Shown piece by piece: positions 1-12,977 of a stretch of DNA of 64,000 nucleotides; position 1 is the first letter of the stretch, and each line of letters starts with the position of its first letter. A program made the translations under genes and the position numbers. Source of the stretch: Octopus sinensis (lineage: Eukaryota); contig NC_043015.1 of the NCBI RefSeq assembly GCF_006345805.1, positions 10,912,001 to 10,976,000 on the forward strand. Direction: 5' to 3'. The notes beneath the pieces are model-generated. The model searched no databases, was not told the origin of the DNA, and saw only the letters and a program-made list of their open reading frames with translations.

Positions 1-560
1 ATTAGAATAAAGTAGTAAACCAGAAAACAATACAAGAAAGAGAGCATGAAATAGTTGGTATTTATCAGCGGTGATGATGGTGACGACTATGACGTTAATT
101 TAAGCAGGGGTTGGTATATTTATTGTTGAAATCTATGAAAACTATGGAAGCTTTCTTGGTGTGGAGTGACCACATTGCTGGACAAATCAAATGCAAGTTA
201 GAAATGACCAAGTGGGCAAAGAAATTATACTAGCAAATGCACAGTTGAAATTTTGTTGCTGACATTTATAATACTCTGCTGTAATCCCATAAAATGAAAA
301 TATAGGTTGCAGATGACCTGCTATCTCTTCCACACGTGTAGTGGAGAATGCGTTTCTATTGTTATAAGAGAGGTGAATGGTTTTCTCATAGTTTCTTACG
401 AAATGAACTAAGACCCTAATGCAGACGGTGCCATCAATACTCAAATTTTTAGTTGTTCCGTTCAGTCACTTCTTTCATGGCTCTGATGCCTTGTCTCTCA
501 ATCTGCTTTTTACAAAGACATTCATCAAAACTTTTTGCGACCAGAGTAACACACGCAGAG
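1..560 (-). mobile_element. Degenerate RTE-clade LINE reverse transcriptase fragment
   Basis: Minus-strand frames give VHFVRNYEK..., FYGIT..., FVQQCGHSTP and ITADK in the order of RTE RT motifs (FxDxxKAFD, YGxP, GVxQGxxLSP, ADD). Stops and frameshifts present; manual alignment only. Confidence 0.45.
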
Positions 561-2127
561 AAAAATTTTCATCAAAATAGAATGATTCTCATAGGTATCA
601 GAACATCTTAATTTAATCATTTAAACTTAAACCACCTACCCGTTATATTCCCTTCAATTGACTCCGTTTATGTTATTATACAAAATTATTCTAACCAAAT
701 TATTCTTAAAAAAAAGTTACCAAACTCTCAACACTTCTGAAAGGATTATTAGATTTTACTGTACTGATAAAGTAATGGAGCAAAATAAAAGTCCATTGCA
801 TGTGCAGAAATGCCAAGTCCTCCTCTAATCGTCTGCTTTGAACGAAATTCATTTAATTGACTGAAGTTATTTCTCCTTTTGATTAGGAGGTTTTAAGTAG
901 AAAGCGTATATTGTCAGTAACTTAATATATTCTTTCTTCATTTAGGAATTATAAAAATCAATTAGTTAACATTTTTGTATTTCAACGTCTATATCACACC
1001 TAATGTTTACCATCATACTCGTCGCATAGGCACCCGTGAATTATTCCCCTTTGTTTCTCATAATTCATGCCAAACATGTATTTCATAAGTATATTCACGA
1101 ACATCTAGCAAAATACGTTTTTTGACATTAAAAATATAAATTGATTATATGCTGTGCATAATATGAATATTAGAAGGATAACGTTTATTTAATATGTATA
1201 GTATGTGCGTATATATATCAAAACATAAAATGTACTCACATTCAAACATATTCATATATGTGGTTGCGTGCATTTATTAATGTAAAGATAAATGTGTGAG
1301 TGGGTATATGTATTGATGGATGTATTTGTGCGGATATATACATGTGCACTATTTTGGACTGATAATATCAAGCACAACGACACCAGTATCTATAACCACA
1401 CCAAAAAAGCTAGGGCAACTCTCTCGAAATAGAAAATACTTCTAATATGGACACATAAATTGATAGGGCGCACGCTTACGTGCATGCCTATTTGGACGCG
1501 CAGTGTGTGTATGCGTGTTCGGGTGTGAGAACATGCATGTGTATTTAATGTGATGTAGTACGCAACCAACTTTAACTCTGACCACTGCGGTCTTACTTAA
1601 GTCTAAAGCTTTCTTTTCCTATCTTGCTCTTTTCCTTCCCTCTCTTCTTCTTTCCTAACAACTTTCACCCCTAAGTATTTTACCTATTCGTTTTCTTTTC
1701 TTCTTACTCTTCATCATTTCATCCAAATTTTTTTTTGTTAAGTCTGCATAAATGATTACGCATGGATGTACCAAAGTACCTCTTTACAGCTGACATATTA
1801 AAGTCCCTAAAACTTAATATTCAAAAGGACTTTCCCTCCAAAAAAATCAACGTACATCTACACTATATACCTCCTCTTCCTTCCCCCTCTCATTTTTCTT
1901 TATTCTTAAGAACATTAGACCATTCCCCACAGCCAAATATTTGCCCTCTTCATTCACTTTTCTTACGGACCATTTTATTTTTTAAAACATTTGTTTTTAG
2001 TTTGTTTCTCATTTGTTTCTCTTTTAGTCTCTTCCTTCGGCTTCACCATTCATTTCAAATTATATATTCGCTGAAATCACTTGGGATTCATCAACGACAA
2101 TCTAATCTTCTTCATACAATTAAGGTA

Positions 2128-3429
2128 CGAGGGGAGTTCAATAAGTAATGCCCCTGACCCACTTTCCATAGCAGTAGAGCAACGAAACTTAGCACAGACT
2201 TTTTCTACATAGGAATCACTCAGAGTCACGCATTTCTCTCATCGTTTGATGCAGCTCTGGGGACCGTTTTTGTAGAAGACCCCAGCTTGGTCCTCCAACC
2301 ACGACGTGACTTCAGAAAGCAAGGCTGCATCATCTGGGAAACGCTTTCCTTTCAAAAACAACTTCATGGCTGGGAAGAGTTGAAAATCAGAAGGTTCAAG
2401 GTCAGAAGAGTAGGGGGTTGGGGGAGGAGATCATAGCCGCACGCCTGTGCTTCTGATCTGGCGACACCCGAGTTGTGGACCGGAGCGTTGTCATGCAGGA
2501 GGAGGATGCCTTTGCTGATCTTGCCCCGCCTCTTGATTTTGATAGCTTCTCTTAATTTCCTCAAATAGGAAATTTCCTCAAATAGGAAATAGGCTCCTGT
2601 AATTGTGGTACCCTTTGCCAGGAAATCTGTCGTCACTACTCCGTCCAGATCCCAGAAGACTGTGAGCATGACCTTGCCAGCAGAGGGCTGCACCCATGCC
2701 TTCTTTAGAGGAGGTGAGTCACGGTGCTTCCACTGTATTGACTGGGCTTTGGTCTCTGGATCATAGTGATGGACCCAGGTTTCATCCTGTGTAATCAGTA
2801 TTTTGAAAAAATTTGACTCATCTTCTTGGCACATCTCCAAATTCATCCTCGAGCACTCGACGCGTTCTTGCTCCTGAAAGGTGTGAGCAACCTGGGTATC
2901 CATCTGGCAGACACCTTTTGCATATGTAAATGGTCATGATATGATAGTCTCCACAGACCCGGTACTAATCTTGACCTCATGGGCTATTTGGCAAATAGTT
3001 ATGCGTAGATCTTCCAAAATGGCAGCCTCAACTTGACGGACAGATGCCTCATCAATGGCAGAAGGGTGGGGGGGCGACCAGATCTGGGAACTGTTTCCAC
3101 AGAGTTCCGACCATGTTTGAATTCACGATGCCAGCGTTTTACAATGTCATATGATGGGGCATCATCACCATAAGTTACTTTCATTTCATCAAAAGACTCC
3201 CATGGTGTGCGTCCTTTCAAATACAAAAAACGGATCACTGCTCGACACTCAACAGGCTCCATTTCACACCTGACTCAGTTCAAACAACTGTAAATCAGAA
3301 ACCACAACGAGTTCAGAGCTGTAATTTACTACCTAATCTATAGGGATATAAATAATTGCACATGCAAAATTTCAGCTAGATCAACCAAATGCAAGTGGGT
3401 CATGAGCATTACTTATTGAACGTCCCTCG
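2128..3429 (-). mobile_element. Mariner (D,D34D-type) DNA transposon, full length, defective
   Basis: About 37-bp imperfect TIRs (cgaggggagttcaataagtaatgcccctgacccactt at 2128 and its reverse complement ending 3429) flanked by TA at 2126-2127 and 3430-3431. Encloses a transposase. Confidence 0.95.
2190..3262 (-). pseudogene. Frameshifted mariner transposase
   Basis: ORF 2999-3262 has the HTH region and PRSGRP. ORF 2364-2903 has ITQDETWVHHYDPE, KVMLTVFWD and LLLHDNAPVH. A shifted frame gives PYSSDLEPSDF (the YSPDLAPxD motif) and KRF..DDAAL. Confidence 0.9.
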
Positions 3430-4726
3430 TATATTATGATCGATGAGTACCTAGCTATCTGAGTTCCTCGCGTTGCGTAATTATTATATCAGAGGATATT
3501 CTGCCTAAGACCCTTATGTAGCCTGGATTTTATCTAATCCCCTCCGACAATTTGGATTGTTATTCACATTCATAGCAGCCCAATTTGCTAATCGCGAGGT
3601 ATAAAAAATATTTTCAGCTTATCGAACTTCGATATTGGAAAAATCTAGAAACGTTGACAAAAAATATTATTATTGTTTTTGAACGTTGTTTTTATACCTA
3701 CCGGCTCGTAGCTTATAAACTTCCGACACCTAGATCCTTTGATCTTATGATTACATATATGTATATAGGGTTATAATGTGGAGAATAGTGCCATAAAGGA
3801 AAATAATTTCTGTAGATTAATTATATATCGAAGCAGGAACCTGGGTAAATTTTGGGGCATCATTTACCCTCTGTTATTTAGGTCTCATTATTAATAAGAT
3901 TTACAAAGGTATGCCTGTAGTAAAAATATATGCCACCTGTAACCACTAATTTCTTATACTAAGAATTAAAAATATATTGGAATTGCTGTCAGTCATTAAA
4001 CATGTGTAATGGGGAATGAGAAATACCAATGTGTTTTTTTTCAGTTTTCTGTTTTATATAATCTATATATTATACATACTATACACCAATACAGACACAC
4101 ACAGACACATAAACACGCACACACTCACACGCACACATATATACGTGTATACTGAAAGCAGTTATTGCAAAATTAATGAACATATATGCAAACATACATA
4201 CACAAACATGCACACACCTAAGCACATTTATAATATATCGTATAGCACAATCACGTGTGAGTGTGTGCTGTACTATATATTATAAATATGCTTAGGTGTG
4301 TACATGTTTGTGCGTATAATCTTGCATATATGTTCATTAATTTTGCAATAACAGCTTTTAGTATTAAATTAAGTATTTTATTAAAATATGCTACTTTCAT
4401 TACTTCTAATCTTGTTCAGTTCTATAATTCGGCAGAGGGTAGGGTGTAACAAATTTAGTAGTTTACTTTATCTTGAGTTTTTATCATGAGTTAAATGCGT
4501 CTTTACATACGTGTATTTATGTAAGTGTGTGTATCTCTCTCAGTGTATGTTTTGATATATGTACGCACATACTATAAATATTAAATAAACGTTATCCTTC
4601 TTATATTGATATTATGCACAGCATTTAATTATACTGTTGTTTCTCAATATACTTAATACCACCTGAATATATTCAAATATAACTGTAGAAGTAAGCAGAA
4701 ACATACACACACACAGACAAATATAT

Positions 4727-4741
<15 letters not shown>

Positions 4742-4793
<52 letters not shown>

Positions 4794-4802
4794 CATACAT
4801 AT

Positions 4803-4877
<75 letters not shown>
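4742..4877. repeat. (TA)n microsatellite with interspersed CA, preceded by (CA)n
   Basis: Directly visible; source of spurious YIYI ORFs. Confidence 0.95.
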
Positions 4878-4883
<6 letters not shown>

Positions 4884-4888
4884 CATAT

Positions 4889-4920
4889 ACTAGCAGCGTT
4901 ACCCGGTGTTGCCCGTGTTA
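4889..4920 (-). mobile_element. Probable Helitron-type 3' terminus
   Basis: Minus strand reads ...cacgggcaacaccgggtaacgctgCTAGt: a GC-rich imperfect hairpin about 10 nt before CTAG, the same layout as 48247-48276. Confidence 0.45.
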
Positions 4921-5169
4921 CATGCAATTAAAGAATTAGACTTTTCTGTTATATTTTCAGTAATGAACTGGAATACCTATGTTTCGAATTTGATCAAAAT
5001 TGCAGATGAGGCTCATTTCCCTCTTTACATACCCAACAAAATTGTAATCGTGCCACATGTATCCCATACAACTGATTTTTATGCGCATATTCCAAGATTC
5101 CAGTCTTATAGAACCTGTTAAAAGGATTTTGCTCCTGGATAATGGAGGTCATGGATCATTATGTTTCCG

Positions 5170-8100
5170 ATATTTCAGCTATATTTAGAATGCAAATTGT
5201 ACCGTCTCCCCTTTTCTTTCAAACATTCAATTTTGGATAGAATTTTTTGATAAAATGTAGTTCCGTTGCTTTTTGGCATTGCGGATCGTCCGTGCACATT
5301 TACAAAATGGAAAAAAATTCCGTCGCTGCATATTTGCAGATGCTTACTTAACGGAATCTTGCGTAATTCGTCTTGTCGGATATGCTTCCTGTAGATTCCT
5401 GCACGTTGGCAGAAGGAATAATTTGTTTCGCCAAAGTAATTTTCTGTCCAATTTGTGCAGGGAATGCAGAATCTGAGTTTTTGCGTTTTGCTGTTCAATA
5501 TCTGCATTTATTTTGAATAGGGATCCGCTCTTGAATTTTATGTGGGAGCCACTTTCTACATATTTAAAGTTGTTGTTGCATGTACCACATCTCCTGTTTC
5601 CACGTTCTTTTACTAAAAATTCTGTTTGATTCTCTGATTTGAATTCTACTCTTGTAAGGTGTTTTCAAGTTTTTTGGGTTGGCGTCTACTATTCCGTAAG
5701 ATTTTTCTTTAATCAGATTTTTCATTTTGCTGATATGTAGGAGTATAGGTAAGTTCGATTTTATGGCGTGAAAGATGTTGGCCATTCTAGCAGTGTGTGT
5801 GCTGACGAACGGAATCGTGTTTTCCTTACGTGTCCGTAGGGTAATGTTCAGTTCCATCGCCTTTTTAATTCCCTCATTAATTAATCCTAAGGGGTATTTC
5901 TTCATTGTGAGGAGGCTTTTGAGTTCGTTGAGTCGGATTTCATGTATTTGGGGGAAGTACCTATAGCAAAGATGCGTCTTGTCATGCCGTATGTGATGTT
6001 TCTTTTGATGTGTGATGAATGGCAAGAATAGAAATTTAAATATTGGCGTGTTTCAGATTATGGGTAAAATATGTCTGTTGCGACTGTGGAGATCTGTATT
6101 TTTATGCGGATATCGAGGAAAGGTAATTCATCGGAACTGGATTTTGTCGTGAATTTGATGGATGGATGAGTGTGTTCAGTATATTGCTAAATATATTTAG
6201 ATCTTCATTCGATCAGTCCCAGAAGAGGAAGCTATCATCCACTTGTTAATGATATATTTCTTGAACAACTGATCAAATGTTTTTCCATCCAACTATCCTA
6301 TAACTAAGTTTGAATATAAGAGCGCGCAAACCGCGTCCCCTGAAACGTGTCCTTAAACGGTCGATATGTTTTATTGTCGAATCTAAAGGTATTTTCTTCT
6401 AGTACTAGGCGTGTAGTCTTGATGAAAATGTATACCCAGTGTTTGATTGCTTCGTGGCCTAAAGTTTGAGGTATATTAATATAGCGACTGGGTAAATCAA
6501 AACTTGTAAGTATAGTAACTTCTGCGACAGTGTGAGGGATGTGTTGTATGAAATCTATGCATCCCGTACCTAACTTGGTATTAAATGGCACAAAGGTTTT
6601 AGGAATATATATTAAAGATGACTTAGTTTTTGTGTTGGTGTTGAGGTGCAGCAACAATTGGTCTAAGCAACTGATGGTCTTAGTTTTTTTTACGTAGTGG
6701 TTCTTCTGATTATTTGTAGCACTTTGTATTTCGGAGCTTTTGTAGATTTTGTGTAATCCGTAGAAATTGCTCTCTTTGGTTACAGAGTTGCATATATAAT
6801 ATTTCTCCTTGTTTGTGAAGGAATCTTGGAATTCATTGATTAGTCTTCTGATTTTATTCATTATTTTTTATTCTGAATGTCTTGTTTCTTTCTTATAATA
6901 AGTTTGGTTTGTTAATATTTCCAATAATTTATATTTATAATAGTCCTTGTCCATGGTTAATATCACCCCCTCCCTTATTGGATTCTTTTAGGATGATTGA
7001 GTTTTCATTCATCAGTGTTTGTAAGACTTTTTTTCTTCACAGATGTTTTTTTTTATATCTGTGGGTATTGAGGGAAAATTTTGAAATCATTTCTATATAC
7101 ACAACTAAATATTTATACTTTCCTTTGCAGTTGGGAGTGGGATTTAATTCTGACAATTGATTCATTATTTAAATCCTTATTGCTGAAGAAGTCAATAAGT
7201 TGAAATTATGCTTTAATGGTTGTCTTCTATATTTCATGTGTTGAATATTTGCAGTTTTACGTATTGTAGAATATGAATTTCTAGTCTGTAATTGGGGTGA
7301 AATGGAGATCATTTCCGCCTGTTCTCTTGAGTAATAAGAGGTTTGATAATTTAGTCCGGTTCTTCCAGGGTTGGTGTGTTTGTTTTTTTTCACTTTCCTC
7401 GTATTTTTGTTGCTGTGGTTTCGTTTTCATAATGGATATTTCTCTATATTTTCTTTTTCATAGTCAGTGAACCACTGTTGTTTTTCCCACATTTTTGTGG
7501 ATTTTTCTTCTTCCCTGCTTTGCGTCATCTTTCCATAGATTTGCAGCTATTCATGTCATTGCTTGTCACTCCGCTCAGTGATTTCAGCAAACATAGCTGC
7601 ATCAACTGTTCCAGCTTTCTCTTCAACTCGTATTTTTCGTGATTGCAGAAAAGCGATTTCTGCTTCTAGTCGGCATAAAGCTGAATTCCCACGTACCGTT
7701 GTCTCTTTTAGCGATTCCCTTCTTATTTCTTTAATAAGAAATTTTCTGGGCACGATTAGGTTTTCTTTGCTTCACCAATTCTGGTAGGTGTTGGCTATAT
7801 TGTTACATCAAATGCTTTTCCAATATGGATGTTTCCGTTGATAAAGAAGTTTCTTCAAGAGAAGCAGTTTTAAGTTATTTTGTTGTACACTAATCCTTAC
7901 TATTTTCTTGTTTGTCACTGTTGTTAGAGCACCTTGTGTATAGGTATCATTAACAGTTTTATCTGCATTGCTGAAGATTTTGTCAAGTCTTGAGATAAGT
8001 AAATTCAACTTCTTATATATTTCTCTGAGAAGTGCTTCTGTATTTTTGTTTGGTTGTGATCCATTCATTCTGGTGTCTTGCACATTCAAGGAGATATGTA
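5170..8100 (-). mobile_element. Penelope-like element, near full length and decayed (N-terminal region, RT, Zn-knuckle linker, GIY-YIG endonuclease)
   Basis: Minus-strand motifs in the correct order: LNPTP; NSIILKESNKGGG (IKxADKGG); NFYGLHKIYK (YGLPKIHK); SFDLPSRYINIP (FDVxSLYTNIP); ENTFRFDNKTY; KKYPLGLI...IPFVSTH; GNRRCGTC; CIPCTNWTENYFGET...LSKHLQIC (GIY-YIG). Many frameshifts. Confidence 0.85.
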
Positions 8101-8225
8101 TAGAGTGTTGGTTGTGGTGTACAGAAATTGAATATTGAGGAAAAGGTCGTCAGAATAATGATAATGAAAAAATAAAAAAAGATTTTTTCCAAAATTCTAA
8201 TGACCTCTTTCTATATATATATATA

Positions 8226-9353
8226 CTGGGGTTGAACAAGGTAATTGGAACAGTAGAAATTTTACTCCAGTATTTCAATGAGACAGTATATTACAAAAAT
8301 CCATCCAAATTTCATTGTGCTTTTTTCTTTTGTATCGTAGATGGTTTCATTTATCTAGTCTAATGATTGTTTCTATCTCTTTTTCAGATGTGTGACCTCG
8401 AATGAGCGTCCGTCAGCAGAACAGCTGAACCTCTTGGTTTTTCGAGAGCTACCATATCAAGGACCGTGATTAAATTTGTGAAGCAGGGCAAAACCGCCAG
8501 CAGGAAAAATACCGATGCGTGCTAGATCGCATTGTGACAAAAATATCCAGACAACTGTTCCTAATGTGACTGTAGAGTTGAATTAAAATCTGACTAGCCG
8601 TGAGCTCAATAATGCCGGATATCATGGAAACCTCTACTTTCTCATCAAAACATTCGGAAACGGCTGAACTGGTGTAGAGAGATCACAGGAGCAATGGAAG
8701 CAAGTAATATTCTCCGATGAGTCTATATTTTCACTTTGGCCCACTGTAGAGCAAAGCTATGTGTGCAGGCAGCCTGGGGAAGCTTTTAATCCTGACTGCC
8801 ATCTTCCTACAGTGAAGCACGAAGGTGGGTCTGTTATAGTTTGGGAAGCTATTTGTTGGAATTCTCTTGATCCAATCGTTGCCCTGCATAGTAGAATCAA
8901 CAGCAATGTTGATCTGAGTATTTTGGAAAATACTCCTATGGTCTAGACATTCTTCCCTGATGGTGAGTGCAGCTTCCAAGATGGCTATGCTCCAATACAC
9001 ACCTCTCATGTGGTTAAGAATTTGTGTGAAGAGCATAGTAGTGAGCTACAACACATGGAGTGCTCTCCATCCTGCCCTCAATCTCCAGATCTCAATATTG
9101 TTGAGCATCTGTGGTGCATCTTGGAGCGACAAGTCTGAATTCACTACACTCCACCGTCGTGTCTGCAACAGCAAGAGCAGGTGTTGCAGGAAGAATTGCT
9201 CAAAATTCCTCTCAATGAAGCCATGGATCTGCATAAATCTGTTCCTAGATGAATCGGAGCTGTTTAGAAAGCTAAAGGAGGACCAACTCCATATTAAATT
9301 GATATTTATTTTTGGATTTTAACATGTGTTCCAATTATTTTATCCAACCCCTG
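8226..9353 (+). mobile_element. Tc1-family (DD34E) DNA transposon, defective
   Basis: Imperfect TIRs ctggggttgaacaaggtaattggaaca / tgttccaattattttatccaacccctg with TA on both sides. Transposase remnants: WKQVIFSDES, PTVKHEGGSVIVW, FQDGYAPIHTS, PQSPDLNIVEHLW, KAKGGPTPY. Confidence 0.9.
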
Positions 9354-12334
9354 TATATTTTTGTGGAAGTTTTGATTCTTCCGAGACGCGAATCATGTAC
9401 ATGTGTTAAATGCAAATAGAAAGAAATTGTGAAAATTACGTTGCGTAAAATTAATCCAAAACTGGAGCATGATTTACAGATTTATAGCGCTTCGAATTAT
9501 GGGATACTATAGCTTTCTGATTATGCTGGTCGAACACCATACTGGTATATGTGATAATGAAGCAACGCTAAATGCCATCACCTTTTCCTGAATACCTTAT
9601 TTCTGATTAAATAGCGATTGATTTAATTCTTCTGATTTCATAGATATTATGTTATTGTTTCCTCACATCTGTTGACATATCAAAATATTAATGGTTTTAA
9701 CACGGTAGCTTGGTCACCGTATAGTGATAACTGTTTGATCTAATGAATTAATTGCAGTATAATGCTGATATTTATATTGCAGACTTATTGGCTTAAAAAA
9801 TAGGAGGATTCAAACTTTTTCCTGCCAAAAAGGAATAACTAAATGCCACGAAGCAGTTACAGCTCTTTGACATTTGCTGATGATTCTAACTTGTTATAAA
9901 AGCCAAAATTTGTATTAAAATCCGACGTATAACTAACGATTATCACCTCTATGCTGAAGGATGAAAAATTCTAGTTATCACTGAGAACATTTTAATTTAG
10001 AAAGTTAACTAAATGCGAAAAAAACTATACAAATGTTTAACTACAGCATACCCGACACCATATATCTTATGCATATTTGAATTATTCATTTAACTAGAAA
10101 GCAGTAAAGAATGGAAACTCCGCGTGTATTTCAATGAACTCCATTATGTCAATGGTACATACCGTCACTAAGGAAATAGAAAACAATGCCAATGCTAGTG
10201 GAATCTAAATTAACGATTATAAAACCTATACTATAAATGCAGTAAGGTAATTAATACTAGATTCAAACGTATTTTCTTAAAGCTAACACCATATAACCTA
10301 TTATCTATAACATGTTTAAAATTCTGAGGTTTTGTTGCGAGTTAGCTTATTGAAACATGCACCTGAATAAACTGTCACTTCCTGCATTGTGCCCCCAAAT
10401 CGTTGCCGCTTTTATTGAAAGGATAATGAATTAATTAACTGAACTGTAAAGATTTGTAGAAGCTCATTTCAAATTTAAAACACTCCTTGAGGTTAAATAA
10501 CGCCTTTGTTCATAACATTAGAAATTTATTTAGGTGTCGATACTTTTTTTACAACTTTTTTCCTCTTTAGCATTTTCAGATAATTTTCACAATAAAAAAG
10601 GATGTATTAACTCAAAAACAAAATGCAATTACACGATGAATAGCTCCAGGGCTTCAAGTAATATTCCTCTGTAGATATTTCTCCTACATTTTTATTGATA
10701 CAGATATTTTCTTGTGTGCCATTCAAAATGCATTTGTTGCTATATTCATGAGATTACTTTGTTTACTTCGTTTTCATTAGGTTTTATATTTCTATGAATT
10801 TTTAATCGTTTTCATCTTCAGATTTAGCGCCTCTCTTTCCCCTGCGATGATTTTCTCTCATCTCTATTTCTACCAAATGTAATGTCATTAACGACAGAAC
10901 CCTTCTCCTCAAAGCTAATTCGTTTTGCTAGATAACAGATAAATGGGAAAAAACCTAGGTTTAGAAGAGAACTATTGTATTGCGTTACACTGTCTACTCC
11001 GTGCATCTGCATTGGCATGCTCTCCAATTGGTGTTTGTGCCTCAGAAATTATACAGATTCAGTATTGTATATTCAGGATGATTTCACGAGAGCATAATCA
11101 TTAAAATAATCATTTAATTGCATAATTTACATACTATCCTTTACTCATTTTAATTCAAATTATGCAGATTATAACAAATAATCTTACAGGTATATTTTTT
11201 GTTGCAATTGTGTACAAAATACGTTTCCATTTGCAACCTCGATCCGGTTGCTAAAACGATGAGATAAAACTGATGGGCGCTCATACATTCTATAACTTTG
11301 ATATAAACAAAGAGGGAGCTGTATATCTTCCAATCATGAGAATGAATTATAGAAATTCATATTCGATTTCTTCAAATTATCTCTCCATTAGGTTTTATAT
11401 TTTATCTCAGCAAGAAATTTCGATAAATTAAGGATTTACTGTACGGAATATTGAATTCATCGCGCTTCAAATTAATTATTCAGCTAATGCCATTGAACCA
11501 CCTGAGGTGCTTACTAAACATTTTTCTCTTTCTTTTTGCCTTTTAATTACGTGAAATATCGTTTGCCAAAATATGCGTTAGTCTCTTCATATTTGTGTTT
11601 TTTTTTGTCTCTTTTTTGTTAACTATTATTCATGTGCAGAACACTGCTATACTTCAATCAATACAGTCAGATAGAAACAATCCTCCGTAATTGTTCCCTC
11701 CCAAAAATAGTCAGTTTTGCGTTTGGTTTTGTGTTTGCCATTTTTGTTTTTATACGAACAAGCAAATGTCTTAAGAAATTTATTCTTACTGTCTTGAAAT
11801 GATGCCATAATCATTTTATAGTGGGTAATAAACAACATATTTCCTGTTTTTTCCTCGGTGAAATTTCTATAAATTACGTATATTACCATTTATCTGATAG
11901 GTATCATTGCTCGCACATTATCCCACTTACAAACGGACACATAAGTATATATTTAGGTATGTACGCGTGTATGTATGTATATATGTAGACGTATAATTAT
12001 ATACATATTTGTCTATCTACGCACATATATATGTATGTATATACATATTTAAATACAAAAAGGGAACAAGAAATTATAACTAATGAACGTGATTATGTAT
12101 AAGGTTCCAAACAAGCAACCAACTATGAACGTATTGCATCTTATAGCGGAAACCGCTGAGAGCTAATGTTTTTCATCATATAAATTCCTGTTACGGCGTC
12201 GTTTAATTTATTTTATTTCTTATTACACACAGTAATACTAGGCTAATACTTTATACTGAAGCATATGCATATTGAGTTATATCATCAGGTTATTCGTATC
12301 GCAGCACCAAAACGAAACACACACACACACACAC

Positions 12335-12382
<48 letters not shown>

Positions 12383-12404
12383 TATATATAGATAGATATA
12401 TATA

Positions 12405-12742
12405 ATGCTAGAACTGGGTGCCACTGCATAGTGCCAAGGACTCCAAATTGCCATCAAAATGTAGGACAATATACACAGCTCTTTAATATCCTCCCGAAGA
12501 ACCTGAGAGACCTGCATGGGGTGGATGCAGATGTCTTTAAAATAAAACTGGATCTCTTCCTGTCAGGTGTCCCAGATGAACCAACTTCACGGCAGGAGGT
12601 GCAGATGAGGACAGTTGCATCGAACACTCACATGCACCAAATGGCAATTGCTAAAAAGCATTCGTGAAGTAAAATCATGTAGCAACACCAAATGGCGGTG
12701 CCCCAGCATGGCCACAGCTCGTGAGCTGAAACTAGATAACAT
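12405..12742 (+). mobile_element. 3' end of a CR1/L2-group LINE
   Basis: ORF 12431-12667 reads QLFNILPKNLRDLHGVDADVFKIKLDLFLSGVPDEP, a typical LINE ORF2 C-terminus. The 3' UTR ends ggcggtgccccagcatggccacagctcgtgagctgaaactagataa. Clade assignment tentative. Confidence 0.7.
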
Positions 12743-12781
12743 TTTAAAAAATAAATTTATACACACACACACACACACACA

Positions 12782-12933
12782 CATATTACTCTACCAGTGG
12801 TAGAGTAATATGCTTTATTTAAAGCAGCAGAAGATTCAACAAAACCTATTACTCTAGCAAAAACTGTCCGATGAACGGCAACGGGAAACTCACAGTAACA
12901 GGTTTGTTGAATTTTCTGCTGCTTTAAATAAAG
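12782..12933 (+). mobile_element. Fold-back PLE pseudo-LTR-like unit (family B)
   Basis: Arms 12813-12852 and 12895-12933 are reverse complements with few mismatches. There is also a perfect 15-bp-arm palindrome at 12782-12812. Homologous to 14012-14195 and followed by (TA)n. Confidence 0.7.
12864..12901 (+). ncRNA. Minimal type I hammerhead-like motif with variant core CCGATGA
   Basis: CTGT|CCGATGA|ACG-GCAA-CGG|GAAA|CTCACAG|TA^ACAG. Stem I is CTGT/ACAG and the cleavage triplet GUA. U4 is replaced by C and there is a mismatch at the base of stem II. Confidence 0.55.
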
Positions 12934-12945
12934 TATATATATATA

Positions 12946-12977
<32 letters not shown>

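Noticed and set aside
187-444. 85-aa ORF as a host exon
   Set aside because: Better explained as part of a decayed RTE reverse transcriptase (YGxP, GVxQG-like and ADD-like motifs follow in order).
1762-2148. 128-aa ORF as a gene
   Set aside because: Low-complexity F/S/L-rich translation of a pyrimidine-rich decayed repeat that runs into the mariner TIR.
3585-3665. Hammerhead-like remnant (TTTG-CTAATCG...TCTA-GAAA-CGTTGA-CAAA) in the repeat interrupted by mariner
   Set aside because: Three core mismatches, no U16.1 and no clear stem II.
4612-4927. ORFs of [16 protein letters not shown]/poly-I, S or L type here and throughout the window (e.g. 40832-41153, 43401-43883, 47863-48256, 52389-52886, 54387-54610)
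   Set aside because: They are translations of stop-free microsatellites.
4970-5022. Hammerhead near the 3' end of the large PLE (minus strand GGAA-ATGAG...C-GAAA-CATAG-GTA-TTCC)
   Set aside because: The CTG of the core is missing and stem II is not convincingly formed; at most a remnant.
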